The notes under the pieces: generated by a model | The model's database searches: none | What the model saw: the letters and a program-made list of their open reading frames with translations, nothing else | Told to the model about the DNA's origin: nothing | Program-made: the position numbers and the translations under genes | Shown: positions 11,369 to 22,580 of the stretch, one piece after another | How the letters are laid out: every line of letters begins with the position of its first letter | How positions within the stretch are numbered: the first letter of the stretch is position 1 | Source: Acidobacteriota bacterium | Lineage (GTDB): Bacteria; Acidobacteriota; UBA890; WLXD01 | Reading direction: 5' to 3' | Length of the DNA: 64,000 nucleotides | Assembly: GCA_963666215.2 (NCBI GenBank) | Contig: CAXWPL010000004.1 | Location: forward strand, 448,001-512,000

Positions 11369-11790
11369 ATGCGCTACCGCCGATCCGCTGCTCTGCTGGC
11401 CGTCAGTCTTCTGCTGTCGGCGGCCGTTGCCGAAGGTAACTTCACGCCACCAGTCAGCAATCGGACCGGTCTCACGAAGCTCAAGCGGGCCAAGGTCAAT
11501 CCCGGCGTCGTGGTTTTCGCGGGGCTCGACGGCGTGATTCAGATCGTCAACATCAATGGCAAGATCGTGCGCCGCCTGCGACCGCCGGCGGGCAGCTCCT
11601 ATTTCTACCCGCGGCCGCTCGACAACGGCAACATCCTGGTACGTCTCAACACCGGAGACGAGCCTCGCACGATTCTCGAGCTCGACCAGCAGGGCAACAC
11701 CGTGTGGAGCTACGTCGCTCCCGAGGGTGTGTTCTTCCACCACGACCATTCGCGGCTCAACAACGGAAATACGCTGATCTTGTGCTCGCT
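11369..11790 (+). pseudogene. N-terminal fragment of a secreted aryl-sulfate sulfotransferase-like beta-propeller protein
   Basis: Signal peptide, LDNGNILV, ELDQQGNTVWSY, HHDHSRLNNGNTLILC; similarity stops abruptly at about 11790. Confidence 0.65.
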
Positions 11791-12178
11791 GCGCAGGCTG
11801 CCGATCATCAGACCGGCGCCAACCAGCAGCACGAACACCAGAGCCGCCTCGGCGGCCACCAGCGCAACACGAATCGAGCGCGCGCGGGCACTACCTCCGG
11901 TTCGGCCCGACGTCTGGCGAAGCATCACTTCAACGTCACGATCGCCCAGGCGCAGCGCGGGCACCAGCCCGAGCACAGCACCGGTGAGAAGCGCCAGCCC
12001 GAGGACCACGGCCCCGACAACGGGATCGAGCCCGATCGACTCGGTTCGGGGTAGGTTCCCGGGCTCCACGGCGAGCAGCGCCCGGGTCATGACTCCCGAA
12101 AGCGCCAGCCCCATCGCTCCGCCCGCCAGCGACAGCAACATCGCCTCCGCAACGAGCTGGCGGCGAACTCGAGCACGG
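11788..12178 (-). pseudogene. Internal fragment of an ADOP/FtsX permease, inverted relative to its neighbours
   Basis: RARVRRQLVAEAMLLSLAGGAMGL...LTGAVLGLVPALR...LVAAEAALVFVLLVGAGLMIGS; no start or natural end. Confidence 0.8.
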
Positions 12179-12498
12179 CAATGAACGCGCTCGGGTGGTC
12201 ATTGGAAGAAACCCGCACGTATATGCGCAACACGATCTTCGAATCAGACGCGCAGATCGCCACCGAGTCGTTGCGCTACTCAACCGACATGCCGGGCCAG
12301 GCGCTCGGCTACATGATGGGCAAGCGCGAGATCGTGCGGCTACGAGAGCACGCGCGCGAGGCACTCGGCGACCGATTCGACATCCGTCGCTTCCACGAGG
12401 CTCTGCTGGGGCCAGGGTCGCTACCGATGACGGTGCTCGCGAGCCACATCGACTGGTTTATCGAGCAGGAGCTGCAGCGGTCAGGCGACGGCGACTAG
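12175..12498 (+). pseudogene. C-terminal fragment of a DUF885 family protein
   Basis: MNALGWS...E.LRY...PGQALGYMMG...LGDRFDIRRFH...GSLPM; only about 105 aa of a normally much longer protein. Confidence 0.82.
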
Positions 12499-12514
12499 CC
12501 GAGCGTCGCAGGAT

Positions 12515-12542
12515 CGCGGCTCGAGCTAGATCTCGAGCTGCG
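12515..12542. terminator. Hairpin between convergent genes (possible bidirectional terminator)
   Basis: CGCGGCTCGAG-ctagat-CTCGAGCTGCG 11-bp stem; no U-tract. Confidence 0.35.
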
Positions 12543-12543
12543 G

Positions 12544-14753
12544 CTACGGCTGAGGCTTCAACTTCGGCTCCGACGGCGGCGCCTCCCATGGCTCCCACTC
12601 AACACCATCGATGTAGCGCTTCAGCCAGCGGATCTCTTCTATTAGATGCACCCGCTCCAAGCGCGGCTCCTCGATGCCGTGGCCCTGGCGCGGGAACTTG
12701 ATGTAGCGCACCGGCGCCTTGCCGATGTCGCGCAGCGCGGTGAAGAACATCAGGCTCTGGCCGACGCTGCTGGTTTGGTCGCGGCCACCGTGGAAGAGGT
12801 CGGCGTCGTGACGTTCCTCACGTGGGTAATCGACGAGCGCTTGGCCCATTCCTCGGGGTCATCCCACGGCGAGCTGCCGATGTACCAAAGGGACACGTCG
12901 AAGTTGAAGCCCGGACCGGTCTCCGCGGCCCAGTTGCCAACCATCGCACCCACCGATGCCGCCTTGAAGCGTTCGGTTTGGGTGATGACGTAGCTGCTGC
13001 TGACACCACCCCAGCTCCAGCCACGCACGCCGAGCCGGTCGGGATCGATCTCGAGGTCGGGATTCGCGAGAACGTGATCGACGCCGGTCATCAGGTCCTG
13101 GTACTCGCCGTCCCCCACCTCGCCCATGAGGCCACGGAGCACCTCGTCGCCGTAGCCGCTCGAGCCGCGAAAGTTGGGCGCCAGCACGGCGTAGCCCAGA
13201 CCGGCGAGCATCTGGTACTCGGGGTCGAACCGGTTCGCCACCACACCGGCGGGGCCGCCATGGATGTCGAGGATCATCGGGGTCTTCGGATCTCGATCTG
13301 AGGCCCCACCGCCGGCGGCGGCGCCGCCGTTTGGCGCCGCATCGAGCGCGGGCAAAAATACACCTTCGATCTCCATACCACCCTTGCTGGTCCACTGGAG
13401 AAGAGCTCCCTCCGAGAAGCTCAGCTCCGCCGCGTTGGGATTGGCATCGGTGAGCTGAACCAGCTCGCAGTTGCCGGCGCCGCCGGCACAGGCGAGATCG
13501 TCACCGAGCTCGAGCGCGTAGAGGTTGCTCGGTGTGGTGAAGTCCTCGAAGGCGACCACCACGCGACGCCGATCGCGCGAGTAGGCGCGGGCGCGCAACG
13601 TGCCACGACGGTCGGTGACGGCCACCGCCTCGTCGCGCGCGACATCGAGCCTGTAGAGGTTGGTGTCGGTGCGCAGGTTCTCGTTGAACAGCACGTAGCG
13701 GCCGTCGGCCGACCACACAACGCCGTCAACCCGTCCGTGTCGCTGGGCTTCGAGCCTCCGGGTCTCGCCGCTGGCGGCGTCGTAGGTCCAAAAGTAGCCG
13801 CTGCGCAGGTCGAAGTCCTGATCCGAGGCAGCGCGATACAGCAGTGTTCGCCCGTCGGGCGACCACAGCGGGTCCTCCTCGGGGGCCAGGTTGTTGGTGA
13901 TGCGTTGGATGCCGCCACTGTTTGAATGATCCGGATCATTGGGATCATAGAGATACAACTCGGCGTGGAACGGATAGTTGGTGCGCCGGTCAGGCCTCGC
14001 CACAATCGCTACGCGACCATCCGCAGCCGGGTCGAAGCCCACAACAACGTGCTCCGCACGAGTGAGTCGCCGCTCCTCGCTGTTCGCCAGATCGAGCAGC
14101 CAGAGGTTGCTGTAGCGCGCCTCGTCCTTGCCGTTGGGCCCCTCGTCGACGAATACCGGATCGCGCCCGAGCTCGTGCTCGCGCGCCGCCGCCTCGTCGA
14201 GCTGTTCGTCGGCAACGAAGTACAGCGCCGAGCTGTCGGCGGCCCATTTGTAGGACCGCACACCGCCCGCGTGTCGCGACGCCTGCACGGCCTCTCCGCC
14301 AGCGGTGTTCAACAGAAAGATCTGAGACTCGTCGTCGACCTCGCGCAGCATCGCGACACGAGAGCCGTCGGGAGCAAACCGCAGTGCTTCCCCACCGGCG
14401 TCGCCGAGATAACGACGCGGCAATCCGCCAGCAAAATCCACCCGGTCGTGGTCGGAGCGACGCTTGTTCTCATCCCAGACGAGCTCGCTCTGGGCGAACA
14501 CCACCTGTGTTCCATCGGGCGAGATCACCGGGGCTTCGATACGGACCACGGCGAGCACGTCGTCTACGGTCATCGAACGCCCCGCGGCCTGTGAGTGGGC
14601 GACCGCCGTGGTCGGCAGCAGCGGCGTGCTCGAAAGAGCCGCCAGTGCCACGACTGCCGTGAGCAGCGTTGGCATCTTCAAGCTCGTCGGCTTCGGTTGT
14701 TGGGTCGGCTTCGTCAACTTCAATGGGGCCGCGCCTCGTCGTCTCATGATCAC
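12544..14753 (-). CDS. S9 (prolyl oligopeptidase/acylaminoacyl peptidase) family peptidase; frameshifted near 12800
   Basis: Beta-propeller, IHGGP, NFRGSSGYG and catalytic GWSWGG. The catalytic Asp/His part (LFHGGRDQ...RQGHG) lies in the next frame (ORF 12544..12849). The true start may be downstream (14747 or 14675). Confidence 0.88.
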
Positions 14754-14991
14754 CTTCCATCTCGCTTTTGGGACAGGACTCGCAACAGCCTACAAGCAAC
14801 GCAGGCCCATCCGAACGGGTCGCAGGTCTCGCCTCGGGGCAAGGTGCCGGCGGCGCGGCTTTCGCGACGCCTCCCCCGCGTTACGATGGCGGCCAGTACA
14901 GCCGCTACAGGCTGACGCTCCGTGACCCACCCCGCCCTGTCGATCTCCGAGCCTTCGGCGCCTCGACAGAGCTCGCAGCGCGAGGAGTCGA

Positions 14992-15909
14992 GTGGACCCG
15001 CAACGCCGCGGCTTGCTGCTCGTGCTGTTCACCAGCGTCTGCCTGAGCACCGTGCCCACCGCCATCAAGCTCGGCCTCGGCGACGCCGAACCGACGCAGT
15101 TGCTGGCGCCGCGCATGATCATCGGCGCAGCACTTCTGTGGCTCTACCTCGCAATCCGCCGCCCCGAGCGACTGCGAATCGAGCGCGCCGGCAAGTGGAC
15201 CAGCGCCCTGGCCGGCGGTCTCAACGCGATCAGCCTGCTGCTGTTCTACATGGCGCTGGGGCGCATCGGCGTTGGCCTGGTCATGCTCGTGTTCTCGGCG
15301 TACCCGGTGCTGTTGCTCGGACTTCTGGCGCTACGCGGCCACACCATCACCCGACTCGATTGGATGCGACTGGCAATGGCCTTGGCCGGCATCGCGCTCG
15401 TGTCGGGCGCCGGCGCGTACTCGGGGGGATCCGGAGCTGGAATCGAGATCGAGATCGACTCAGTGGGCTTCGCTCTCGCCGTGACCTGTGCGCTTCTGTA
15501 CGCGATTTACATGGTGATCCTGCAGGAACGCCTCACCCGCTACCCCGCCTCCACGACTACGGTGTGGATCATCTCGTGGATGGCCCTGGCCGCCCTGCTG
15601 ATGAGCATCGCCTCGCCCGCTCCCGCCCCGCTCGGATCCACCGGCTGGGCGGTGGTGCTGTGGTCCGCCATCATCGGAACCGCGGTGTCGCGCGTCGCCG
15701 CCGTCGAAGGCGTACGCCTCATCGGCAGTGGCAAGGTGGCTCTGCTGATGCCCGCCGAGACCGTCCTCAGTGTGAGCTGGGCTGCTCTCTTCCTGGGGGA
15801 ACGACTCACGGCGATCCAGCTTCTCGGCGCGGCGCTCATCATCGGCAGCGTCGCACTGGCGGCCGTGGGGCGCCTGGCCGCTCGACCCCGACTTACGGCA
15901 AGAGTCTGA
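14992..15909 (+). CDS. DMT/EamA family transporter
   Basis: About 10 TM helices in two repeats; LFLGERLT.IQLLGAALII. Confidence 0.9.
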   Translation: MDPQRRGLLLVLFTSVCLSTVPTAIKLGLGDAEPTQLLAPRMIIGAALLWLYLAIRRPERLRIERAGKWTSALAGGLNAISLLLFYMALGRIGVGLVMLVFSAYPVLLLGLLALRGHTITRLDWMRLAMALAGIALVSGAGAYSGGSGAGIEIEIDSVGFALAVTCALLYAIYMVILQERLTRYPASTTTVWIISWMALAALLMSIASPAPAPLGSTGWAVVLWSAIIGTAVSRVAAVEGVRLIGSGKVALLMPAETVLSVSWAALFLGERLTAIQLLGAALIIGSVALAAVGRLAARPRLTARV

Positions 15910-16301
15910 ACACCCGCCGGTGGCAAGCGGGCAGCGATAGCACAGGTGTCGGCCGGTTGCGGGACGTCAAGCGCAAGCGCCGGGCGCGCCTCGCCGGTAA
16001 AGAACATCTCGTGGGAACTTCAGGGTTGTGAGCTCGCTGTTTTCCAGACTACTGTATGGAGTGATGCGTCGGCAGTGCCAGCCGCACAGCCCACCCCCCC
16101 CCCCCTACCCGTGCATGCAGTAGATCCAGCAAGGGGGGCGTGGGGCCATGGTTGAAAACGATTCCGTCGATAGGTCGCAGGCGAGTGTGGGCCCCGTTCG
16201 CCGCGCTTGGCACGCGCCGAGGCTGATCCGCCTCGACGGCCCCGCACGTAACACGGAGGGTACCGGAGCACTAATGCCCATCGAGATCGACAAGGGCGGC
16301 T

Positions 16302-17710
16302 GGGGATGTCACAGGCTCCGTTGAAAAAGGGTGACGGTGATCCGACCTCGATAGTGTGTCGGGGTCAATCCACTGGCATGGAGGATCACCGTCATGAGCA
16401 AGAGTCGCAGAACAGAGACAAGTAGGAAAGCGGAGCGCCAAGAGAACCCGCTCCTGGAGGCAGTGGTAGCGGCGCGATCGGATCTACGAGCGCTGGTCAT
16501 GGACGCGGGCTTCGGGGTGTTGGGTTCGCTGCTGGAAGAAGACCGGGCGGAGCTCTGCGGAGAGCGCTACGCGCGGTCACAGCAGCGGCGGGCGTACCGA
16601 CACGGCTACGACGAGGGCTCGCTGGTGATGGGCGGCCGGCGGGTCAAGGTACGCAAGCCGCGGGCTCGGAGCGTCGATGGCCAAGAGCTGCCGCTGCCGC
16701 ACTGGGAGAGGTTCAAGGCAACAGATCCGCTCGAAGAGCGCGCCGTAGAGCAGATCCTGTGCGGCGTCACGACGCGCAAGTACGAGCGCTCGTTAGAGCG
16801 GCTCGACGACGGGCGAGCTTCGTCGGGAACGAGTCGCTCGAGTGTGTCGCGGCGGTTCGTAGCGCGTACAGCCAAGCAGGTGCAGCAGTACCTGGCCCAA
16901 CCGCTCAATGAAGTGGACCTGCCGGTGCTGGTGATCGACGGCACGCACATGGGCAAGCACTTGTTGGTGATCGCCATGGGCATCGACGCGGACGGCGTCA
17001 AGCATGTGCTGGGTGTCGTAGAGGGCACCACGGAGAGCTCCCACGTGTGCCGGTCGCTGCTGCGGCAGTTGATCGAGCGCGGCATGCCCGTCGAACGGGC
17101 GCGGTTGGTGGTAATCGATGGCTCCAAGGGCCTCCGTAAAGCAGTGCGCGACACGTTCGGCGAGTGGGCCCTGATCCAGCGCTGCCGTGTCCACAAGATC
17201 AAGAATGTATTGGAGCATCTGCCAGGGCATATCCGGCCCTGGTTCGCAGCCAAGATCCGCAAGGCGTGGAAGGCGGAGACGGCCACGGCAGCGACCAAGC
17301 AGCTCGACGCCGTGGTCAAGGAGCTGGAGACCGATCACCCCGGTGCAGCGGCCTCGCTCAGAGAAGGAATGCAAGAGACGCTCACCGTCACTCGGCTCCG
17401 AGTTCAGGGGCCGCTGCTTCGAACGTTACGTTCAACGAATACGATCGAGAACCTGAACGGGACGATCAAACACGTCAGCCGCAACGTAAAGCGGTGGCGC
17501 TCCGGGAGCATGATCGTTCGATGGGCGGTTACTGCACTCATCGAGGCCGAGAGCAAGTTCCGGAGGGTTCGTGGCTACCGCGACATCGCCAAGCTCGATG
17601 CCGCACTCAACACCGCCGTCGACGTTCCCCTTGAGCAGGAGCGCCGTACTGCGTAACAATCCCCAACCACTTCACCGTCGCCTTAGTTCAACGGACGGTG
17701 GGACATCCCC
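16302..17710 (+). mobile_element. IS256-family insertion sequence
   Basis: About 39-bp imperfect terminal inverted repeats: GGGGATGTCACAGGCTCCGTTGAAAAAGGGTGACGGTGA on the left versus GGGGATGTCCCACCGTCCGTTGAACTAAGGCGACGGTGA (right end, reverse complement). No exact target duplication. Confidence 0.9.
16394..17656 (+). CDS. IS256 family (mutator-type) DDE transposase
   Basis: GVTTRKY, SRSSVSR, VIDGT, VIDGSKGL, QRCRVHKIKN, STNTIENLN. Confidence 0.95.
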   Translation: MSKSRRTETSRKAERQENPLLEAVVAARSDLRALVMDAGFGVLGSLLEEDRAELCGERYARSQQRRAYRHGYDEGSLVMGGRRVKVRKPRARSVDGQELPLPHWERFKATDPLEERAVEQILCGVTTRKYERSLERLDDGRASSGTSRSSVSRRFVARTAKQVQQYLAQPLNEVDLPVLVIDGTHMGKHLLVIAMGIDADGVKHVLGVVEGTTESSHVCRSLLRQLIERGMPVERARLVVIDGSKGLRKAVRDTFGEWALIQRCRVHKIKNVLEHLPGHIRPWFAAKIRKAWKAETATAATKQLDAVVKELETDHPGAAASLREGMQETLTVTRLRVQGPLLRTLRSTNTIENLNGTIKHVSRNVKRWRSGSMIVRWAVTALIEAESKFRRVRGYRDIAKLDAALNTAVDVPLEQERRTA

Positions 17711-18267
17711 GCGCAGCTGGACGACCGGCGAGGCCACGTACTGGGATAACTATGGGGCCCCGTCAGCGGGCCCAGCTAGACCGGCACGAGACACTGAAGA
17801 GCCTCGGCCCCCGCAACCTAGAGGCACCGCCCGACTCGCCGCCGGCAAAGCTTTCGGCCCGCTGATCGACAGCACTTCCGAGCACAGCGCGCTCGCGCTG
17901 CCCTTCCTGCGGGACCAAAACTTTCTCCAGTTCCTCCGAGGGCACTCATTCCATTTATTTCTTGTTAGGCGGGACCCCCCGTACGGTTCGGCGGTCGTCG
18001 GACCTAGCTAGCTGGCCAGCCAAGCGATCGTTGGCGCCCAGCCAAGCCAACGCACGCAGTGTCTCCCAAGCCTGACCAAGTCAGGCTCTCGCTCGTAGAG
18101 CGGGTCGCGCGCTGTACGAATCTCTCAATGGCCTCGTCGGGCAACCCTAGTCCCCTCCGAGCTGAAGTGCACCCCGAGGAATTCGAAACCTTTCTCGATG
18201 CGGCCGATAATATATCTTGCTCGGATGCCTGTTCATGCCCACGCCTCAGGATTGAGCTAAGACACAG

Positions 18268-21200
18268 ATGCCAAGCTCTCGCCGCCGGCGCCTTGTTCTC
18301 GGAGCCCTCGCGCTCCTGGCCGCGCTGGCGATCAACAAGTGGTCGCTCGAGATCCTGTTCTCGCGGGATCTCCGCATCACCGACCTAGTCACGCTCGGGA
18401 CCATCTGGGGGTTCCAGCTCGTTGCGACGGTTTTCGGCGCGTGGCTCATTATCGGTAGACCCCAGCTGCCACGACCGCTGCGCGTGGCAGTCGATCACAA
18501 AGTGCTCGGCCCAGCCCTGATGGTGGCACTTGTGGGCGCGACGGCTTTCGGCGCGTACGTCGATGTCACTGCCTACGGGCTCTTGCGAAACGACCGCGAG
18601 ATGCTGCGCCCGACCGCCGAGATGGTGATGGCCGAGGAGGTCATCGCCGAGCTGCGGCCGCACATGCGCGGCGTTGCCCGAGCCCTGCGCAACCTGAGCC
18701 TGCCGGATCGAAGCTCACCGGGACTCTGGAGCGACGAGGTGGAGGTCATCGATCTCGAGGCCGGACACACGCAGCTCATCGACAAGCGCCTCGCGCTGCA
18801 GCAGACGGCCATGCACGCCGCCGATCGCACGGCGGGTTCGCCGCAGGAGCTCGAGCTGTGGAGCCAACTGTTCGCGGACGTGGCGTGGATCGACAGCGCC
18901 GAAACCCATGTGGCGAGCGGTGAGTTCCTCGACGAGGCGCGCCTGCGGTTCCGGACCCTCGTCGACTTCGAGGCCTTGGCGCAACTGTTGGACGGCAGGT
19001 CGGCGACGTTGCGCGGCGAGATCCGGATCGGCTGGCAACGTGATGCCCCTGGAGCGGCCTGGCGCATCGAGCTCTTCGAGACGATCGAGCTGGAGCAGCT
19101 CGCCGCGGCATCGAGCCTGTTCCGCGACGTGATCCCCGAGGTGCTCCCCGACCCTGCCACTCTGCAAGCGGCAACCCGCTCGCTGCATGATGAGCTCACG
19201 GCGGACAGTATTCGCAGCAACGTGGCGGGAGAAAGGAACCGCTTTTCGATCGCGCCGACGCTCGTGCATCCGTCGGTTGCGGTCGTCGACATCGACGCCG
19301 ACGGCTGGGACGACCTCTACTTCATGCCGGCTTGGGGCAAGAATCTACTGCTCCGGAATCGCGGTGATGGCACGTTCGAAGACGTCGCGCCCGCACTGGG
19401 TCTCGACCTCGAAGGCACGGTGGCAGCCCTGTTCGCCGACTACGACAACGACGGCGACGCCGACGTCTTCATCTCGGCAGGACGGGACTCGGCTCGCTAC
19501 CTCCGCAACGATGCGGGTCGTTTCGTCGACCGTTCGGTGCTGGCCGACGGTGCGCCTCTGCCACGACAGGTCACATCGATGTCGGTGGCCGACTTCGACG
19601 GAGACGGCCTGCTCGACGTTTACATGGCTACCTACGCCGCCGGGCCGGTGGATCTGTCGGTTGGCGCGCGGCTTCTGACCTCGGCGCTGGAGGGCGCCGA
19701 ACGGCCCGGCGCCCTCAATCGTGGCGGGCCACCGAACGTGCTGCTGCGCAATGTGGACGGATCCAACTTCGAGCGTGTAGGCGAGGAGACGATTCCTACC
19801 GTACGGCGCTGGAGCTTCCAGGGAACCTGGGGCGATTTCGATGCCGACGGCGACGCGGATCTGTACGTTGCCAACGACTACGCGCCCGACAACTTGTTGG
19901 AGAACCGAGCCGGCCGGCTGGTCGACATCAGTGAGGCCGCGGGCATCGACCGGCGCGGCTTCGGTATGGGCGCGAGCTGGGGAGACTTCGATCAGGACGG
20001 CTGGCTCGATCTGTACATCACCAACATGTCGAGCCACTCGGGGGCCCGCATCACCGCCCGCTTCCCACAGCTCCCCGAGGCCTACAAGGAAGCGGCGCGC
20101 GGCAACTGGCTGCTGCGCAGCGTTACGAATCCAGAAACCGCTCCTTCGTCGCCGGTGAGGCGATTCGAGAAGGTCTCGTCGATCGACGGCACCGGCTACC
20201 CCGTACAAGAAGCGGGCTGGGGGTGGGGTTCGCAGTTCGTCGACCTCGACAACGACGGCGACCTCGACATCTACGCCCCGGCCGGGTACTACACGGCGCC
20301 GCCGTCGGTGGCGACCGATGTCGACACGTGACCCACGCTCTGGCGCTCGGTCGTGCGCGGGGCAGCGAATCACTCGAGGCGAGAGCCAGAAGAGAGACGC
20401 GGGATCGCCGTCCAGCTTCGCGAGGGCGCCTCGTATAGCGGCCGCGAGCGCAACCGCGTGTTCCTCAATCAGCTCGACGAGCCCGGTCGCGACTTCTGCG
20501 AGCTTGGCGGGGTGTCGGGAGCCGACGACATCGGCGACACGCGCTCGTTCTCCAGGCTCGACTACAACCGCGACGGTGCCCCCGACCTCGCGCTCGCCAA
20601 CCTCAATCGCCCGGTTACACGACTGCTGCGCAACGAGATCGCGCCCGACAAGCTCGGCGGCTACGTCGCCATTCGGCTCGAGGGAGGCAATCGGCAGGCG
20701 GCAACGAGCTCGGAATGGAGCACGCGCGACGCTTGTGGAGCACGAATCGAGATCGAGCGCAGCGACGACGTGCTACTGGTGCGCGAGCACCGCTGCGGCG
20801 AGGGTTTTGCCGGGCAGAATTCAAGCACCGTGATCGTCGGCCTTGGAGAGCACGACGCACACTCGCTGACCGTGACCTGGCCCTCCGGCAAGCAGCAGCG
20901 TTCGACCTCCGTGTCGGCCGGCGACCTGGTGACGGTCTACGAGAACCCGGAGCACGCCCCGACCGGCGATGCATTCGTTCACACGCGCTACGCCGTGCCG
21001 CTGCCAGCGTCGCCGCGCCGGGCGAAAGCGAACGATCTCGGCTCGCCTCCGCTGCCTGGGGCCGTTGTGCAAGAATTGACGCGAGGCGCGCGCCTGACGT
21101 TGCTGACCACCATGGCAACCTGGTGCATCGCCTGCCAGCACGACGTGCCACAGCTCGAGCTGCTGCTGGAGCGTTTCTCCGACAGCGAGCTCAACATTGT

Positions 21201-21439
21201 CGGCCTTCCCATCGAACCCACCGACGATGACGCCAAGCTCGCCGCCTGGGTGGAGCAGTTCCAACCACCCTACGAGCTCGTTACCGAGCTGACGGCCGAC
21301 GAGCGCACCGCGGTGATGGCGAGCGTTGCCGAGCTCACCGGCTACGTTTCTTGTTGACGAGCACGGCACGCTGATCGCCGTGCAGCTCGGTGTGCCAACC
21401 GTGTCCGACATCCGCCGACATCTGGGAATCAAACCGTGA
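18268..21439 (+). CDS. Membrane-anchored FG-GAP/CRTAC1-like + ASPIC/UnbV + thioredoxin-like (WCIAC) protein; in-frame TGA at 20329-20331 and frameshift near 21345
   Basis: Seven DxDxDGxxD-type repeats. ORFs 18268..20331 and 20353..21357 share a frame. ASPIC/UnbV motifs CGARIEI, CGEGFAGQNS, GLG, VTWPSG. The C-terminus ATFLVDEHG...LGIKP lies in another frame and ends at TGA 21437-21439, overlapping the next start. Confidence 0.85.
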
Positions 21440-22398
21440 TCGAGCTTTCTCGCGACGACTTCGCCCAGGCCTACGAGCGCGTTTCGCCGCACGTCTATCG
21501 CACACCGATGCTGACGTCGCGGCTGCTGAGCGAGCACACCGGCTTCGATATTCGGCTCAAGGCCGAGCTGTTCCAGCGCGGCGGCTCGTACAAGGTGCGC
21601 GGGCCGATGAACAAGTTCAGCTACCTGAGCGACGAGCAGAAGGCGCGCGGAGTGGTTTGCTCGTCGGCCGGCAACCACGCGCAGGGGGTGGCGCTGGCCG
21701 CCAAGCTGCACGGCATCCGAGCCGTGGTCTGCATGGCCGAGAACGCCACCCAGTCGAAGATCGACGCCACCGAAGGCTACGGTGCCGAGGTCGTGCTGCA
21801 CGGCCAGATTTGGGACGAGGCCAACGAAAAGGCGCTCGAGATTGTCGAGAAGGAAGGGCTGACCTACATCCATCCATTCGACGATCCGCAGCTCATCGCC
21901 GGTCAGGGCACCGTGGGCTGGGAGATCTACCACGACTGGCCGGAAGTCGAAGTGGCGATCGTGCCGATTGGCGGCGGCGGGCTGATTTCCGGCACCTCGA
22001 TGGCACTCAAGTCGCTCAACCCGGATATCCGCGTGATCGGCGTCGAGTCGTCGGGCGCGCCGGCGATGCAGCGCAGCGTCGAGGCCGGCGAGCTGGTGAC
22101 GCTCGAAGAGGTCGACTGTGTGATCGACGGCCTGCGCGTGAAGCGAGTGGGGCAGCACACCTTCTCGGTGGTACAGCGCTTCGTCGACGAGATCGTTACC
22201 CTCCCCGACGAGCAGATTTTCGAGGCCCTGATCTGGACGATGGCGCACTGCAAGGTAACGCCCGAGGGCGCGGCCGCGGCCCCAGTGGGCGCGTTGCTCC
22301 AAGGACTGATCGACGCGCCCGCCGGCTCGAAGGTGGTCTGCGTCCTGAGCGGCGGCAATCTGGGCCTGGACCAACTGCGCGGACTGAGCTGGAACTGA
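21436..22398 (+). CDS. PLP-dependent threonine/serine ammonia-lyase (catabolic type, no regulatory domain)
   Basis: KAELFQRGGSYKVRG, SAGNHAQG, HPFDDP..IAGQGT, PIGGGGLISG, SGGN. Confidence 0.93.
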   Translation: MIELSRDDFAQAYERVSPHVYRTPMLTSRLLSEHTGFDIRLKAELFQRGGSYKVRGPMNKFSYLSDEQKARGVVCSSAGNHAQGVALAAKLHGIRAVVCMAENATQSKIDATEGYGAEVVLHGQIWDEANEKALEIVEKEGLTYIHPFDDPQLIAGQGTVGWEIYHDWPEVEVAIVPIGGGGLISGTSMALKSLNPDIRVIGVESSGAPAMQRSVEAGELVTLEEVDCVIDGLRVKRVGQHTFSVVQRFVDEIVTLPDEQIFEALIWTMAHCKVTPEGAAAAPVGALLQGLIDAPAGSKVVCVLSGGNLGLDQLRGLSWN

Positions 22399-22580
22399 GC
22401 TCGGCCAGCTCGGGCACCTCGGTCCGGCTCCCCACCCGGAAACCGGATCGCCGCGCCCGTCTCTTTCTAAGAGAGGCCCCGTTCGCAGGCATTTGCACGC
22501 CGACCGGGCGAACGACGCAAGATCCCGAGAGCGCACAAAAGGCGCGGGGAAAACTTGTGATGACGTTATATGATGTCGGC

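Noticed and set aside
11255-12184. 309-aa ORF as a novel fusion protein
   Set aside because: Its C-terminal half is the antisense reading of an ADOP fragment.
16088-16148. Poly-C tract with a downstream G-rich complement as a phase-variation or structured element
   Set aside because: Intergenic, single copy, no linked intact gene; homopolymer length is unreliable in this sequence.
16207-16226. TTGGCACG as a sigma-54 promoter
   Set aside because: No TTGC -12 element at the required spacing.
17763-17945. 60-aa minus-strand ORF next to IS256
   Set aside because: No motif or convincing RBS; cannot be supported.
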